Source of the DNA: Candidatus Omnitrophota bacterium
GTDB taxonomy: Bacteria; Omnitrophota; Omnitrophia; Omnitrophales; Aquincolibacteriaceae
DNA length: 64,000 nt
NCBI GenBank assembly: GCA_035352955.1
Contig: DAOPYQ010000003.1
Location: 76,901 to 140,900, forward strand
Reading direction: 5' to 3'
Shown here: positions 36,701-44,516 of the stretch, piece by piece
Layout: every line of letters starts with the position of its first letter
How positions within the stretch are numbered: the first letter of the stretch is position 1
Position numbers and translations under genes: made by a program
Notes under the pieces: model-generated
Seen by the model: the letters and a program-made list of their open reading frames with translations, nothing else
Databases searched by the model: none
What the model was told of the DNA's origin: nothing

Positions 36701-36835
36701 AATTGTCCTCGCGCCAATGCGCGAGGACTATCGCGTGCGGCCCTACGGACAACCCGCTACGCGAATTGCCTTCGCGCCAATGCGCGAGGACTATCGCGTG
36801 CGGCCCTACGGACAACCCGCTACGCGAATTGCCTC
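36701..36835. repeat. 63-bp tandem repeat (2.1 copies) in the pheS-pheT spacer
   Basis: Units start at about 36701 and 36764, with a partial third from 36827. Each contains the palindrome tcctcgcgc-caat-gcgcgagga and a second imperfect stem. The last unit overlaps the pheS stop codon and its final codons. Confidence 0.9.
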
Positions 36836-37794
36836 AAAAACCGCAGATCGTTCTCGTAAAAATGGCGGATATCGTTGATGCCGTGGCGAAGCATGGCAAT
36901 ACGCTCGACGCCCATACCGAACGCGAACCCCTTGGTCACGCTCTTGTCATAGCCGACCTCATCAAAAACGTTCGGGTCCACGCTCCCCGCGCCGAGGATC
37001 TCAAGCCACCCCTTCCCCCACTGGATATCGATCTCAACGCTCGGTTCGGTAAACGGAAAAAAGTGCGGGCGGAAACGGATCTTGGTTGAAGATCCGAAAA
37101 GTTCGCGCAGAAAAAGATGGAGCACGCCCTTCAGATCGCTGAACGTGACGGCGCCGTCGACCATCAGGCCCTCGATCTGGTGGAACATGAACGAATGGCT
37201 CGCGTCGACGGTGTCCGGGCGGTACACGCGTCCCGGTGCGATGATCTTAAGGGGCGGTTTCCGGTCTTTCATCACGCGGATCTGTACGGTCGACGTTTGG
37301 GACCGGAGCAGTTGTCCCCGTGGCGTATAGAACGTATCAAAGGAATCGCGCGAGGGATGGTCCAGCGGGATATTGAGTGCCGTAAAATTATGAAATTCAG
37401 TCTCGATCTCGGGGCCTTCGACGGTTGCGAACCCCATCCGGTGAAAGATCGCCGAAATTTCGCGGATCGTCTGTTGAAGGATGTGGATGCTCCCCTTGGG
37501 AAGCGGAACTCCGGGAAGCGTCGGGTCGAAAATCTCCCCGGAAGCCCCCGCTTGCGGCGCCTTGGCGCGTTGCTCCTCGACCGCGGCCTCAAGCCATTGT
37601 TTCACGCGGTTAAGTTCGGCACCGACCGCCTTTTTTTCTTCGGCCGGAACCGCACCAAGCTGCTTGAAAAGTTCGGTGAGTTTTCCTTTTTTTCCGAGGT
37701 AGGCGACGCGGAAAGCCTCGATCCCGTCCGGGGAATTCGCACGGGCAAGAGCCTCCCGCGCTTCATTTTCCAATTGGACGATCCGGTCTTTCAT
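36820..37794 (-). CDS. pheS: phenylalanine--tRNA ligase alpha subunit
   Basis: 324 aa class II aaRS: FRPHFFPFTEPSVEID, GAGSVDPNV, AFGMGVERIAMLRHGI. Confidence 0.95.
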   Translation of the reverse strand: MKDRIVQLENEAREALARANSPDGIEAFRVAYLGKKGKLTELFKQLGAVPAEEKKAVGAELNRVKQWLEAAVEEQRAKAPQAGASGEIFDPTLPGVPLPKGSIHILQQTIREISAIFHRMGFATVEGPEIETEFHNFTALNIPLDHPSRDSFDTFYTPRGQLLRSQTSTVQIRVMKDRKPPLKIIAPGRVYRPDTVDASHSFMFHQIEGLMVDGAVTFSDLKGVLHLFLRELFGSSTKIRFRPHFFPFTEPSVEIDIQWGKGWLEILGAGSVDPNVFDEVGYDKSVTKGFAFGMGVERIAMLRHGINDIRHFYENDLRFLRQFA

Positions 37795-37809
37795 GGGGAC
37801 ACCGTTTCA

Positions 37810-37842
37810 CGGACCGGGTTCGTGACTCGCGAACCCGGTCCG
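37810..37842 (-). promoter_or_regulatory. perfect 13-bp stem / 7-nt loop hairpin between rplT and pheS
   Basis: cggaccgggttcg-tgactcg-cgaacccggtccg. No U-tract follows on the transcribed strand. Confidence 0.45.
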
Positions 37843-37855
37843 CGGATGGGTACTG

Positions 37856-38206
37856 CTAGGCTTTTTTGACGAACTTAATGATCTCTTGAAACGTCTTTTC
37901 ATCCCGCGCCGCGATCTCGGCCAGGGACTTCCGGTTCAGCGTGATCTTCGCCTTTTTGAGCGCGTCGATCAGGCGCGAGTAGGTCATCCCGTTAGCACGG
38001 CACGCCGCATTAATACGGGCGTTCCAAAGCTGACGAAACTGGCGCTTGCGCTGTTTGCGGTCGCGGGTCGCGAACGCCATCGCGCGGGCCACGGTCTCTT
38101 TCGCGGTCCGGAGCAATTTCCGGCGGCCGCTGAAGAACCCCTTGGCGCGTTTGAAGATCTTTTTCTTTTTCTTGCGGGATGCTACGGTATTGGTTGTCCT
38201 TGGCAT
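37856..38206 (-). CDS. rplT: 50S ribosomal protein L20
   Basis: MPRTTNTVASRKKKKKIFKRAKGFFSGRRKLLRTAKE... Confidence 0.97.
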   Translation of the reverse strand: MPRTTNTVASRKKKKKIFKRAKGFFSGRRKLLRTAKETVARAMAFATRDRKQRKRQFRQLWNARINAACRANGMTYSRLIDALKKAKITLNRKSLAEIAARDEKTFQEIIKFVKKA

Positions 38207-38277
38207 ACATGACTCCTTCTAAACCATCAGTGATTGGGCAACGAGTTGTGCGTCACTCGCCGCTCGTGACTAAACTT

Positions 38278-38478
38278 TCAACGATCGTACGGCATGCAGC
38301 GCTTGATCGCGTTGCAATGCATCGCTTCCACCTGGAGCGGACGGCGGGACTGGCGCTTGCTCTTCGGCGAGCGGTCCGCCATCATGTGACGCCGCTTCGA
38401 GCGCGGGGCGATCACTTTCCCGCTGCTGGTGATACGGTAACGCTTCTTCATTGCTTTCTTGGTTTTTAATTTTGGCAT
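38278..38478 (-). CDS. rpmI: 50S ribosomal protein L35
   Basis: MPKLKTKKAMKKRYRITSSGKV... Confidence 0.95.
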   Translation of the reverse strand: MPKLKTKKAMKKRYRITSSGKVIAPRSKRRHMMADRSPKSKRQSRRPLQVEAMHCNAIKRCMPYDR

Positions 38479-38488
38479 TTTATTTTCC

Positions 38489-39085
38489 TCATGCTGTCTT
38501 CTGCGGCGGCGGAGTTGCCGGCGCCGTGGGTTGGGATGAAGCCGATACAGCTTCTTTTTTCTTCACGGGCGCGATCTTGGTCAGGTAGACCTGAATGGCC
38601 TTCCCTTCCAACCCGACGTTGCGTTCGATCATCGCGATATCCGAGAGGTCTAGCACAAAACGGTTCACAAGTTGGCGGCCCTTGTCCACGTACACGATCT
38701 CGCGACCCCGGAAGAAGACCGTCAGCTTCACCTTGTCGCCGCGTTCGATGAAACCGCGCGCGTTGCGGAGCTTGGTCTGGTAATCGTGGTCCCCGATTTT
38801 GGTCGTCATTTTGACTTCCTTGATATCGATGACCTTCTGCTTCTTGCGGGACTCTTTTTCCTTCTTCTCAAGCATGTACAGGTATTTCCCGAGATCCATG
38901 ATGCGGCAGACCGGAGGGGTCGTCGTTCCCGCGACTTCCACGAGGTCGAGCCCGGCATCCTGCGCCTTCTGAAGCCCTTCCTGCGATGTCACGATCCCGA
39001 ACTGTTCCCCGGCAGCCCCGATCAAACGGATCTGCGGCGAGCGGATACGCTCGTTTGCCCGAACTTTCTGTGAACTGAGTGCCAA
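38489..39085 (-). CDS. infC: translation initiation factor IF-3
   Basis: ANERIRSPQIRLIGAAGEQFGIV...DLVEV...PPVCRIMDLGKY. The start codon at 39083-39085 is TTG, with GGAGG 4 nt upstream. Confidence 0.93.
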   Translation of the reverse strand: MALSSQKVRANERIRSPQIRLIGAAGEQFGIVTSQEGLQKAQDAGLDLVEVAGTTTPPVCRIMDLGKYLYMLEKKEKESRKKQKVIDIKEVKMTTKIGDHDYQTKLRNARGFIERGDKVKLTVFFRGREIVYVDKGRQLVNRFVLDLSDIAMIERNVGLEGKAIQVYLTKIAPVKKKEAVSASSQPTAPATPPPQKTA

Positions 39086-39111
39086 TGCGCCTCCTTATGG
39101 GTTATACAGAA

Positions 39112-40848
39112 TTAAATTCTTTGCGCGATTTCCTGGCGAATACGCTGGATCATCGCTTCCGGGGCCTGCACCCCGAGGTCCTGACGCCCGCGCCCGCGGA
39201 CCGCGACCTGCCCTGCTTCCATTTCTTTGTCACCAATGACAAAGACATAGGGAATCTTCAACATTTCGGCTTCGCGAATCTTGTAACCGATCTTCTCGGA
39301 CCGGAAGTCCGAATCCACGCGAAGGCCCGACTGCTTCAACTTCTCGACGATCGTCCCGGCAAAGGCTTCCTGCTTCTCCGAGATCGTCGTGACACGAACC
39401 TGAACCGGCGACAACCACACCGGAAAAGCACCCGCGTAATGTTCGACCAATATCCCGATAAAACGTTCCAGACTTCCGAAGATCGCCCGGTGGAGCATAA
39501 TCACGCGATGCTCCCGGCCGTCCTCGCCGACATAATTCAGATCGAACCGCTCCGGGAGGTTCATATCCAGCTGGATCGTCCCGCACTGGAGCGTCCGCCC
39601 GATCGCATCCTTGAGATGAAAATCGATCTTCGGCCCGTAAAACGCGCCGTCCGCCTCATTGACCTTGTAAGGCATCTTCATTTCATCAAGCGCGTCTTTG
39701 AGTCCCGCCGTCGCGACCGCCCACTGCTCCTCGGTCCCGATCGATTTCGGAGGTCTCGTAGAAAGCTCCACATGATAATCAAAACCGAACGTTTTGTACA
39801 CTTCATCCGTAAACCGGATGATCTCGATCACGCTCGCCTTGAGGTTCTCCGGCGTCGCGAACACATGCGCGTCATCCTGCGTAAAACCGCGGACGCGGAA
39901 AAGACCGGCCAGCACGCCGGACCGCTCGTAGCGGTGTACTTTTCCGAACTCCGCCACCTTAAGCGGTAGTTCACGGTAGGAATGCTTTTCCTCCTTGTAC
40001 ATCAGCATGCCCCCCGGACAATTCATCGGCTTCAGCGCGTAGATCTCCTTCTCACGCTCGAGAAAGAACATGTTTTCGCGGTAATTGTCCCAGTGGCCCG
40101 AAATCTTCCAAAGTTGCTCACGGAGGATCGTCGGAGTTTCGACCTCCACATAGCCAAACGCGGAAAGCTTCTCCCTCATGAACGCGATCAAGAGATTCTT
40201 AAGGAGCAACCCCTTCGGTTTCCAGAACGGAAGCCCCGGACCTTCTTCATGAAAGCTGAAAAGTCCGAGCTGCTTGCCGACTTTGCGGTGATCACGTTTG
40301 AGCGCTTCTTCCTGCTGTTTCAGGTACGCGTCGAGCTCTTTCTGGGAGAAGAACGCTGTTCCGTAGATCCGCTGAAGCATTGCATTGTTCTCGTTCCCGC
40401 GCCAGTAAGCGCCTGCGACGGAAAGAAGCTTGAAGGCTTTAACCTCGTCGCTATTGAGAACATGCCCGCCCTCGCAAAGATCCGTGAACGGCCCATTCTG
40501 CACCAGGTTGACCGTCGCGCCGGGGATCCCGTCGATGATCTCAAGCTTGTACCGCTGCCCTTTATCACCGAAAAACTTGCGGGCCTCTTCTTTGGACACC
40601 GACCATTGTTTGAACGCCTGGCGTTCCTTCACGATCGCTCGCATGCGTTCTTCGATCTTCGGAAGATCCTCTTCCTGGAACGTCACCGACGACTCGAAAT
40701 CATAGTAAAACCCTTCATCGATAACGGGACCAATGGCGAATTTCGTGCCGGGATAGAGTTCAAGAACAGCTTGGGCGAGGATGTGCGATGCAGAATGCCG
40801 CAACCTGTAGAGCGGTTCGTAGTTTTTATCGTCTGACATATCTGACAA
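39112..40848 (-). CDS. thrS: threonine--tRNA ligase (short form, no N-terminal TGS domain)
   Basis: It begins in the editing-domain region (RHSASHILAQAV), then has the class II core and the anticodon-binding domain. The track start at 40848 is a TTG; an ATG at 40839 is the alternative. Confidence 0.93.
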   Translation of the reverse strand: MSDMSDDKNYEPLYRLRHSASHILAQAVLELYPGTKFAIGPVIDEGFYYDFESSVTFQEEDLPKIEERMRAIVKERQAFKQWSVSKEEARKFFGDKGQRYKLEIIDGIPGATVNLVQNGPFTDLCEGGHVLNSDEVKAFKLLSVAGAYWRGNENNAMLQRIYGTAFFSQKELDAYLKQQEEALKRDHRKVGKQLGLFSFHEEGPGLPFWKPKGLLLKNLLIAFMREKLSAFGYVEVETPTILREQLWKISGHWDNYRENMFFLEREKEIYALKPMNCPGGMLMYKEEKHSYRELPLKVAEFGKVHRYERSGVLAGLFRVRGFTQDDAHVFATPENLKASVIEIIRFTDEVYKTFGFDYHVELSTRPPKSIGTEEQWAVATAGLKDALDEMKMPYKVNEADGAFYGPKIDFHLKDAIGRTLQCGTIQLDMNLPERFDLNYVGEDGREHRVIMLHRAIFGSLERFIGILVEHYAGAFPVWLSPVQVRVTTISEKQEAFAGTIVEKLKQSGLRVDSDFRSEKIGYKIREAEMLKIPYVFVIGDKEMEAGQVAVRGRGRQDLGVQAPEAMIQRIRQEIAQRI

Positions 40849-41119
40849 ATCTTGAAAAAAATTTCCTCCGTAATAATGGTGAAAGAGGCCGTATTGTACA
40901 ATCGAGGCTCAAAACCCGCAACTCTTTTCCTAACTTGTTGTCCGCTCTTGAATTAGGTCGTCTTGAAACACGCCGGCATGATTTGTTTTTGTTTCCGCCT
41001 TCCTTTCTCTGTGAATTTTTTTCACAAAAAATTGTGCCATTTTTAAACGCGACACACCCGGCGCATAAATCGCCTTCTCGTAACCTATTTAATACAAATA
41101 GGTTATGGGATTTAAATTC

Positions 41120-41134
41120 TGGCACGAAAACTGC
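41120..41134 (+). promoter_or_regulatory. sigma-54 (-24/-12) promoter upstream of hsp20
   Basis: TGGCACGaaaaCTGC against the consensus TGGCACG-N4-TTGC. GG-N10-GC spacing is correct. The -12 element lies 54 nt upstream of the ATG at 41188. Confidence 0.6.
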
Positions 41135-41187
41135 CACATAAAGAGCAGGAAGTTCAAACATCAACTTATTAAAAGGGAGGAAATACC

Positions 41188-41643
41188 ATGAACCCACTGA
41201 CCAAATATCAAAGCCACTGGTTCGATCCGCTCGAAACGATGTCGGACCTTCAAGGGGATATCAACCGCCTTTTCTCAACCTCGCTCCGGAGAAGCCAGCC
41301 GGGATTCGCCGCAGATTATTTTCCGGCAGTCGATCTCCATGAGTCGGAGACTCAATACGCCCTTTCCATGGACGTGCCCGGGATGGAACGGAAAGACCTG
41401 GACATCTCCGTAACCGGCAACACGCTCACGGTCAAAGGCGAGCGGAAGAGCGAGGAAAAAAAGAAAGAAAAGGGATGGTTCTATTCCGAACGGAAATACG
41501 GATTTTTCCAGCGATCGATCGAACTCCCGACCGAAGTGGACGGGGACAAAATCACCGCCACCTACAAGGACGGGGTGCTTGAGTTGCTCGTTCCGAAATC
41601 GGAAAAAGCCCGGCCCAAACAGATCCGGGTCGATGTAAAATAA
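41188..41643 (+). CDS. Hsp20/alpha-crystallin small heat-shock protein
   Basis: The alpha-crystallin domain reads PAVDLHESETQYALSMDVPGMERKDLDISV...GVLELLVPK. RBS GGGAGG. Confidence 0.93.
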   Translation: MNPLTKYQSHWFDPLETMSDLQGDINRLFSTSLRRSQPGFAADYFPAVDLHESETQYALSMDVPGMERKDLDISVTGNTLTVKGERKSEEKKKEKGWFYSERKYGFFQRSIELPTEVDGDKITATYKDGVLELLVPKSEKARPKQIRVDVK

Positions 41644-41650
41644 ACGCCCG

Positions 41651-41694
41651 GGGGACAGGTTCCTGTGACCGACCTGTCCCCTGCGGATTTTTTG
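41651..41694 (+). terminator. rho-independent terminator (possibly partial) after the first hsp20
   Basis: ggggacaggt-tcctgtgaccg-acctgtcccc followed by tgcggatttttt. Confidence 0.65.
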
Positions 41695-41740
41695 TGTTCG
41701 CCAGGAGTGACTCAAAGAAGTAAACAGAGGAGGTTCTTCC

Positions 41741-42454
41741 ATGACTGAATCCGATACGCCCCAAAAGAAGATCCAGGCATCCCATGTAATAATCGCGTTG
41801 CTTATTCTCGTCGTTTTGCTGCAAACGGCGGTCCTTCTGCACCAAAACCGCCGGCAGGCCTCGCTCGAACGGCAGCAACGCAAAGAGACTTACGAAGCCG
41901 TTCTTCCACGCCCTCCTTTCAGAGGGCACGCATTGGCAGCGAACCGCGCGACGCCGCAACCGGTCGCAGCCAATCCCGCCGCAAGTTTTTTCGAGGAAGA
42001 TCCGTTCGAGGAATTCGACGCGGTGTCGCGGAGGATAAGCAATATGATGCGGAGCGCCATGATGTTCAGCGCCCCGGCACTGCAAAGCATGCGGCAGGCG
42101 ATGAACCAGGACCTTGGCTCCGCGTTCTCGCCGTCGGTCGATCTTGAAGAAACGGAAAAATCTTATATCGTGCGGAGCGATCTTCCGGGTCTCGAAAAGG
42201 ACAAGATCAATCTGACGGTCCGGGATAACGCTCTCACGATCGAGGGTATGCGCGAAACGAGCCAGGAAACCCAGGACACGAGCAGCGGTTTTTACGCTCA
42301 CGAAAGGAGCTATGGCTCCTTCTCGCGGACCGTCCCCCTCCCCGGCCCGGTGGATGAGTCAAAGATCGCCGCCGAATACAAAAACGGCGTCTTAACGATC
42401 ACCTTGCCGAAGATCAAGGGGCAAACGAACGTGCAAAAAGTCCCGATCCAATAA
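41741..42454 (+). CDS. Hsp20-family protein with an N-terminal transmembrane anchor
   Basis: The N-terminus SHVIIALLILVVLLQTAVLL is hydrophobic. The C-terminal alpha-crystallin domain reads PSVDLEETEKSYIVRSDLPGLEKDKINLTV...GVLTITLPK. Confidence 0.88.
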   Translation: MTESDTPQKKIQASHVIIALLILVVLLQTAVLLHQNRRQASLERQQRKETYEAVLPRPPFRGHALAANRATPQPVAANPAASFFEEDPFEEFDAVSRRISNMMRSAMMFSAPALQSMRQAMNQDLGSAFSPSVDLEETEKSYIVRSDLPGLEKDKINLTVRDNALTIEGMRETSQETQDTSSGFYAHERSYGSFSRTVPLPGPVDESKIAAEYKNGVLTITLPKIKGQTNVQKVPIQ

Positions 42455-42459
42455 GAAAA

Positions 42460-42502
42460 GGCCAGGCATCCTTTTCCTAAGAGGATGCCTGGCCTCCCTT
42501 TT
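42460..42502. terminator. bidirectional terminator hairpin between convergent genes
   Basis: 12-bp stem ggccaggcatcc/ggatgcctggcc with a T-run on plus (cccttttt) and an A-run before it. The stop of the minus-strand VanZ-like gene lies inside it. Confidence 0.7.
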
Positions 42503-42896
42503 TCCGCGGACCTTCCTGATGCTTCCGTAGCAAGATCACGTCGTCATAGAAAAAAACACCCAAGACGGCATAAGCCGCGTCAAAAAAAACTGTCTCGATC
42601 TGGGCATGACGGCCGGGAACGAAGCTCTGCCGCCATTCGTCAAAGCAGGCGAAAAGAACGATCAGGACTACGGAAAGAAGCGAAAGCGTCCAGACATTCA
42701 GTTTAATATTCAGGTGGGCCAGCGCCCGCGCCAACAGGACCCCGAAAACCGTGTATTCCACCCAATGCGCTGCCTGATGGGCCCAGTAGCTTCGCGGGAG
42801 GTACTGCCCGGGGATCGACGAAAGGCCCGCAATGATCAACATCCACAAGATGGGCGGAAAACCGAAAACCCAAAAACGCCTTTTCCATGCTTCCAT
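42477..42896 (-). CDS. VanZ-like family membrane protein
   Basis: FACFDEWRQSFVPGRHAQIETVFFDAAYAVLG. I prefer the start at 42896 (MEAWKRRF). The track extension to 43133 runs into the tRNA-Val gene. Confidence 0.7.
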   Translation of the reverse strand: MEAWKRRFWVFGFPPILWMLIIAGLSSIPGQYLPRSYWAHQAAHWVEYTVFGVLLARALAHLNIKLNVWTLSLLSVVLIVLFACFDEWRQSFVPGRHAQIETVFFDAAYAVLGVFFYDDVILLRKHQEGPRKKGGQASS

Positions 42897-43096
42897 ACGT
42901 TGTCTCCGGAAGGGTCTTATGAAAACGACCGGCAGTGAAATGAAACTTTGACCGCCCCAGCAGCATCCATCGTCCTGCCGGGGACCCCGCGGATGATCGG
43001 AAATATAAAAGGCCTGCGCTGTCCCAATACCGATCATCCCGCCAGCGGCGGGATGGGGCTGCGCAAATCTCCATTGATAAAAGGAAAATAAAGACT

Positions 43097-43170
43097 TGCG
43101 CTGTAGAGGATTCGAACCTCTGACCCCTACCATGTCAAGGTAGTGCTCTAACCAACTGAGCTAACAGCGC
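43097..43170 (-). tRNA. tRNA-Val (anticodon GAC)
   Basis: Hand-folded: GCGCTGT/ACAGCGC acceptor, anticodon loop TTGACAT, T arm AGAGG-TTCGAAT-CCTCT, discriminator A. Confidence 0.92.
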
Positions 43171-43230
43171 TTGTAAAGAAAACTCCTGGAAGGACGCACA
43201 TCTTAAACTGCCGCCTCGGGGAATTCAACG

Positions 43231-43250
43231 AAAAAAGAGGTCCGACCTCT
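43231..43250 (-). terminator. small terminator at the end of the pilus cluster
   Basis: Minus strand: AGAGG-tcgga-CCTCT followed by T6. It overlaps the TAG stop of the last gene. Confidence 0.45.
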
Positions 43251-43713
43251 AAAGATCGAGTTTGCGGGTCGTCTGGTCTTTAAGATTCGTGACAATGACC
43301 GAATCGGGAGCGATCGAAGTGACTTCATAATCCCCGATCCGGCCCTTGGGCTCGATCATCTGTCCGTTGAGGATCGCAAACGGCTGCGTGGGATTGTAAA
43401 TAATCCCTTCGAGAACGATCCCCGCCACGACGGGAGCTGCCGGGGGCGTAACGACATGGGACACCGCAACCGAAGGTTTCGGAATCCGGACCGGACGATT
43501 CCCGGCAAGGCTCGCCTCCCCCTTCACGATAAAAACATAAGCCCCGGCCGCCACAAAAATACCCCCCATAAAAAGAAAAACGATAAGTCTCCAGTTGTTT
43601 TTTTTCCGGACAACTTCGATTTTCGGCATCGAAACGTCCCGCACCGGAACGACCGGCGCTTCGGATTCCTTCGTCGCCTGGATCTGTTTCAGGTAATCAT
43701 AAACAATGCTCAT
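43249..43713 (-). CDS. GspB/PilP-like bitopic protein (T2SS protein B-like C-terminal domain)
   Basis: I prefer the ATG at 43713, which forms an ATGA overlap with the ExeA-like stop. One transmembrane helix (WRLIVFLFMGGIFVAAGAYVFIV). C-terminal LEGIIYNPTQPFAILNGQMIEPKGRIGDYEVTSIAPDSVIV. Confidence 0.6.
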   Translation of the reverse strand: MSIVYDYLKQIQATKESEAPVVPVRDVSMPKIEVVRKKNNWRLIVFLFMGGIFVAAGAYVFIVKGEASLAGNRPVRIPKPSVAVSHVVTPPAAPVVAGIVLEGIIYNPTQPFAILNGQMIEPKGRIGDYEVTSIAPDSVIVTNLKDQTTRKLDL

Positions 43714-44516
43714 TGGATCTCTTCCATCGAAGCGAGCAGGATATCCTGGTCGAGCACCTTCTGTTTTCGGACGAATCCGAGCAACAGCGCGCGATCGCAA
43801 AGAAGATTGATCAGACGCGGAACACCTTTCGAAAAGTCGTTGATCACCTGGTACGCCTCCGGCGTCACCATGACTCCTTCCGCCCCCGATCGGGAAAGGC
43901 GGAAATCCACGTAGGCCTTTACATCGCCGGAGTCGAGCGGCTGAAGGTCATATTTGATCACGACGCGCTGATAGATCTGACGGAGGTCATAACGGCGAAG
44001 GTTGGCCTTGAGCTCCGGCTGCCCCACCAGAACGATCTGGAGCAACTTGCCGTGCTTCGTCTCGAGATTCGACAAAAGGCGTATCTGCTCGAGCTGGCGC
44101 GGCTTCAGGTTCTGTGCCTCATCGATCACGAGCACCGCGTTCCCCTGCTGCAGGCTCAGATCGATCAAGAATGCATCGAGTTTTTTTACAATATCAAGGC
44201 GGGTCTTTTTCTCGGCTTCAAGCCCGAAATCCTCAACGATCGCCTGCAAAAGCTGGATATCGCTGAAGTAAGGGCTCAGGATCAGCGAGGTCCGGACGGT
44301 CTTGGGAAGGCGTTCCATAAGCGCTTTGCAAAGCGTGGTTTTCCCCGTCCCGACTTCCCCGGTGATCAAAAGAAGTCCCTTACGTTCTTCGATCCCGTAC
44401 ATCAGGGACCCGAGGGCTTCCTGATGGGAACGGCTTTCAAAAAAGAGATCGGCGTCGGTCGTGATGTGAAAAGGCTGGGTCTTGAATCCGTAAAACTCGC
44501 AAAGGGCCGTGGTCAT
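43710..44516 (-). CDS. ExeA/GspA/MshM-family AAA ATPase
   Basis: ITGEVGTGKTTLC, VLVIDEAQNL, LVGQPEL, PRLINLLCDRALL. ATGA overlap with the secretin stop. Confidence 0.88.
   Translation of the reverse strand: MTTALCEFYGFKTQPFHITTDADLFFESRSHQEALGSLMYGIEERKGLLLITGEVGTGKTTLCKALMERLPKTVRTSLILSPYFSDIQLLQAIVEDFGLEAEKKTRLDIVKKLDAFLIDLSLQQGNAVLVIDEAQNLKPRQLEQIRLLSNLETKHGKLLQIVLVGQPELKANLRRYDLRQIYQRVVIKYDLQPLDSGDVKAYVDFRLSRSGAEGVMVTPEAYQVINDFSKGVPRLINLLCDRALLLGFVRKQKVLDQDILLASMEEIQ

Noticed and set aside
36701-36835. Direct repeats that might be a mini-CRISPR array.
   Set aside because: There are only about 2.1 contiguous 63-bp units with no unique spacers between them, and no cas genes. It is a tandem duplication.
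40826-41197. A 123-aa minus-strand ORF spanning the thrS/hsp20 divergent intergenic region.
   Set aside because: It overlaps the thrS start, the sigma-54 promoter and the hsp20 start codon. It is AT-rich, with no RBS and an implausible sequence.
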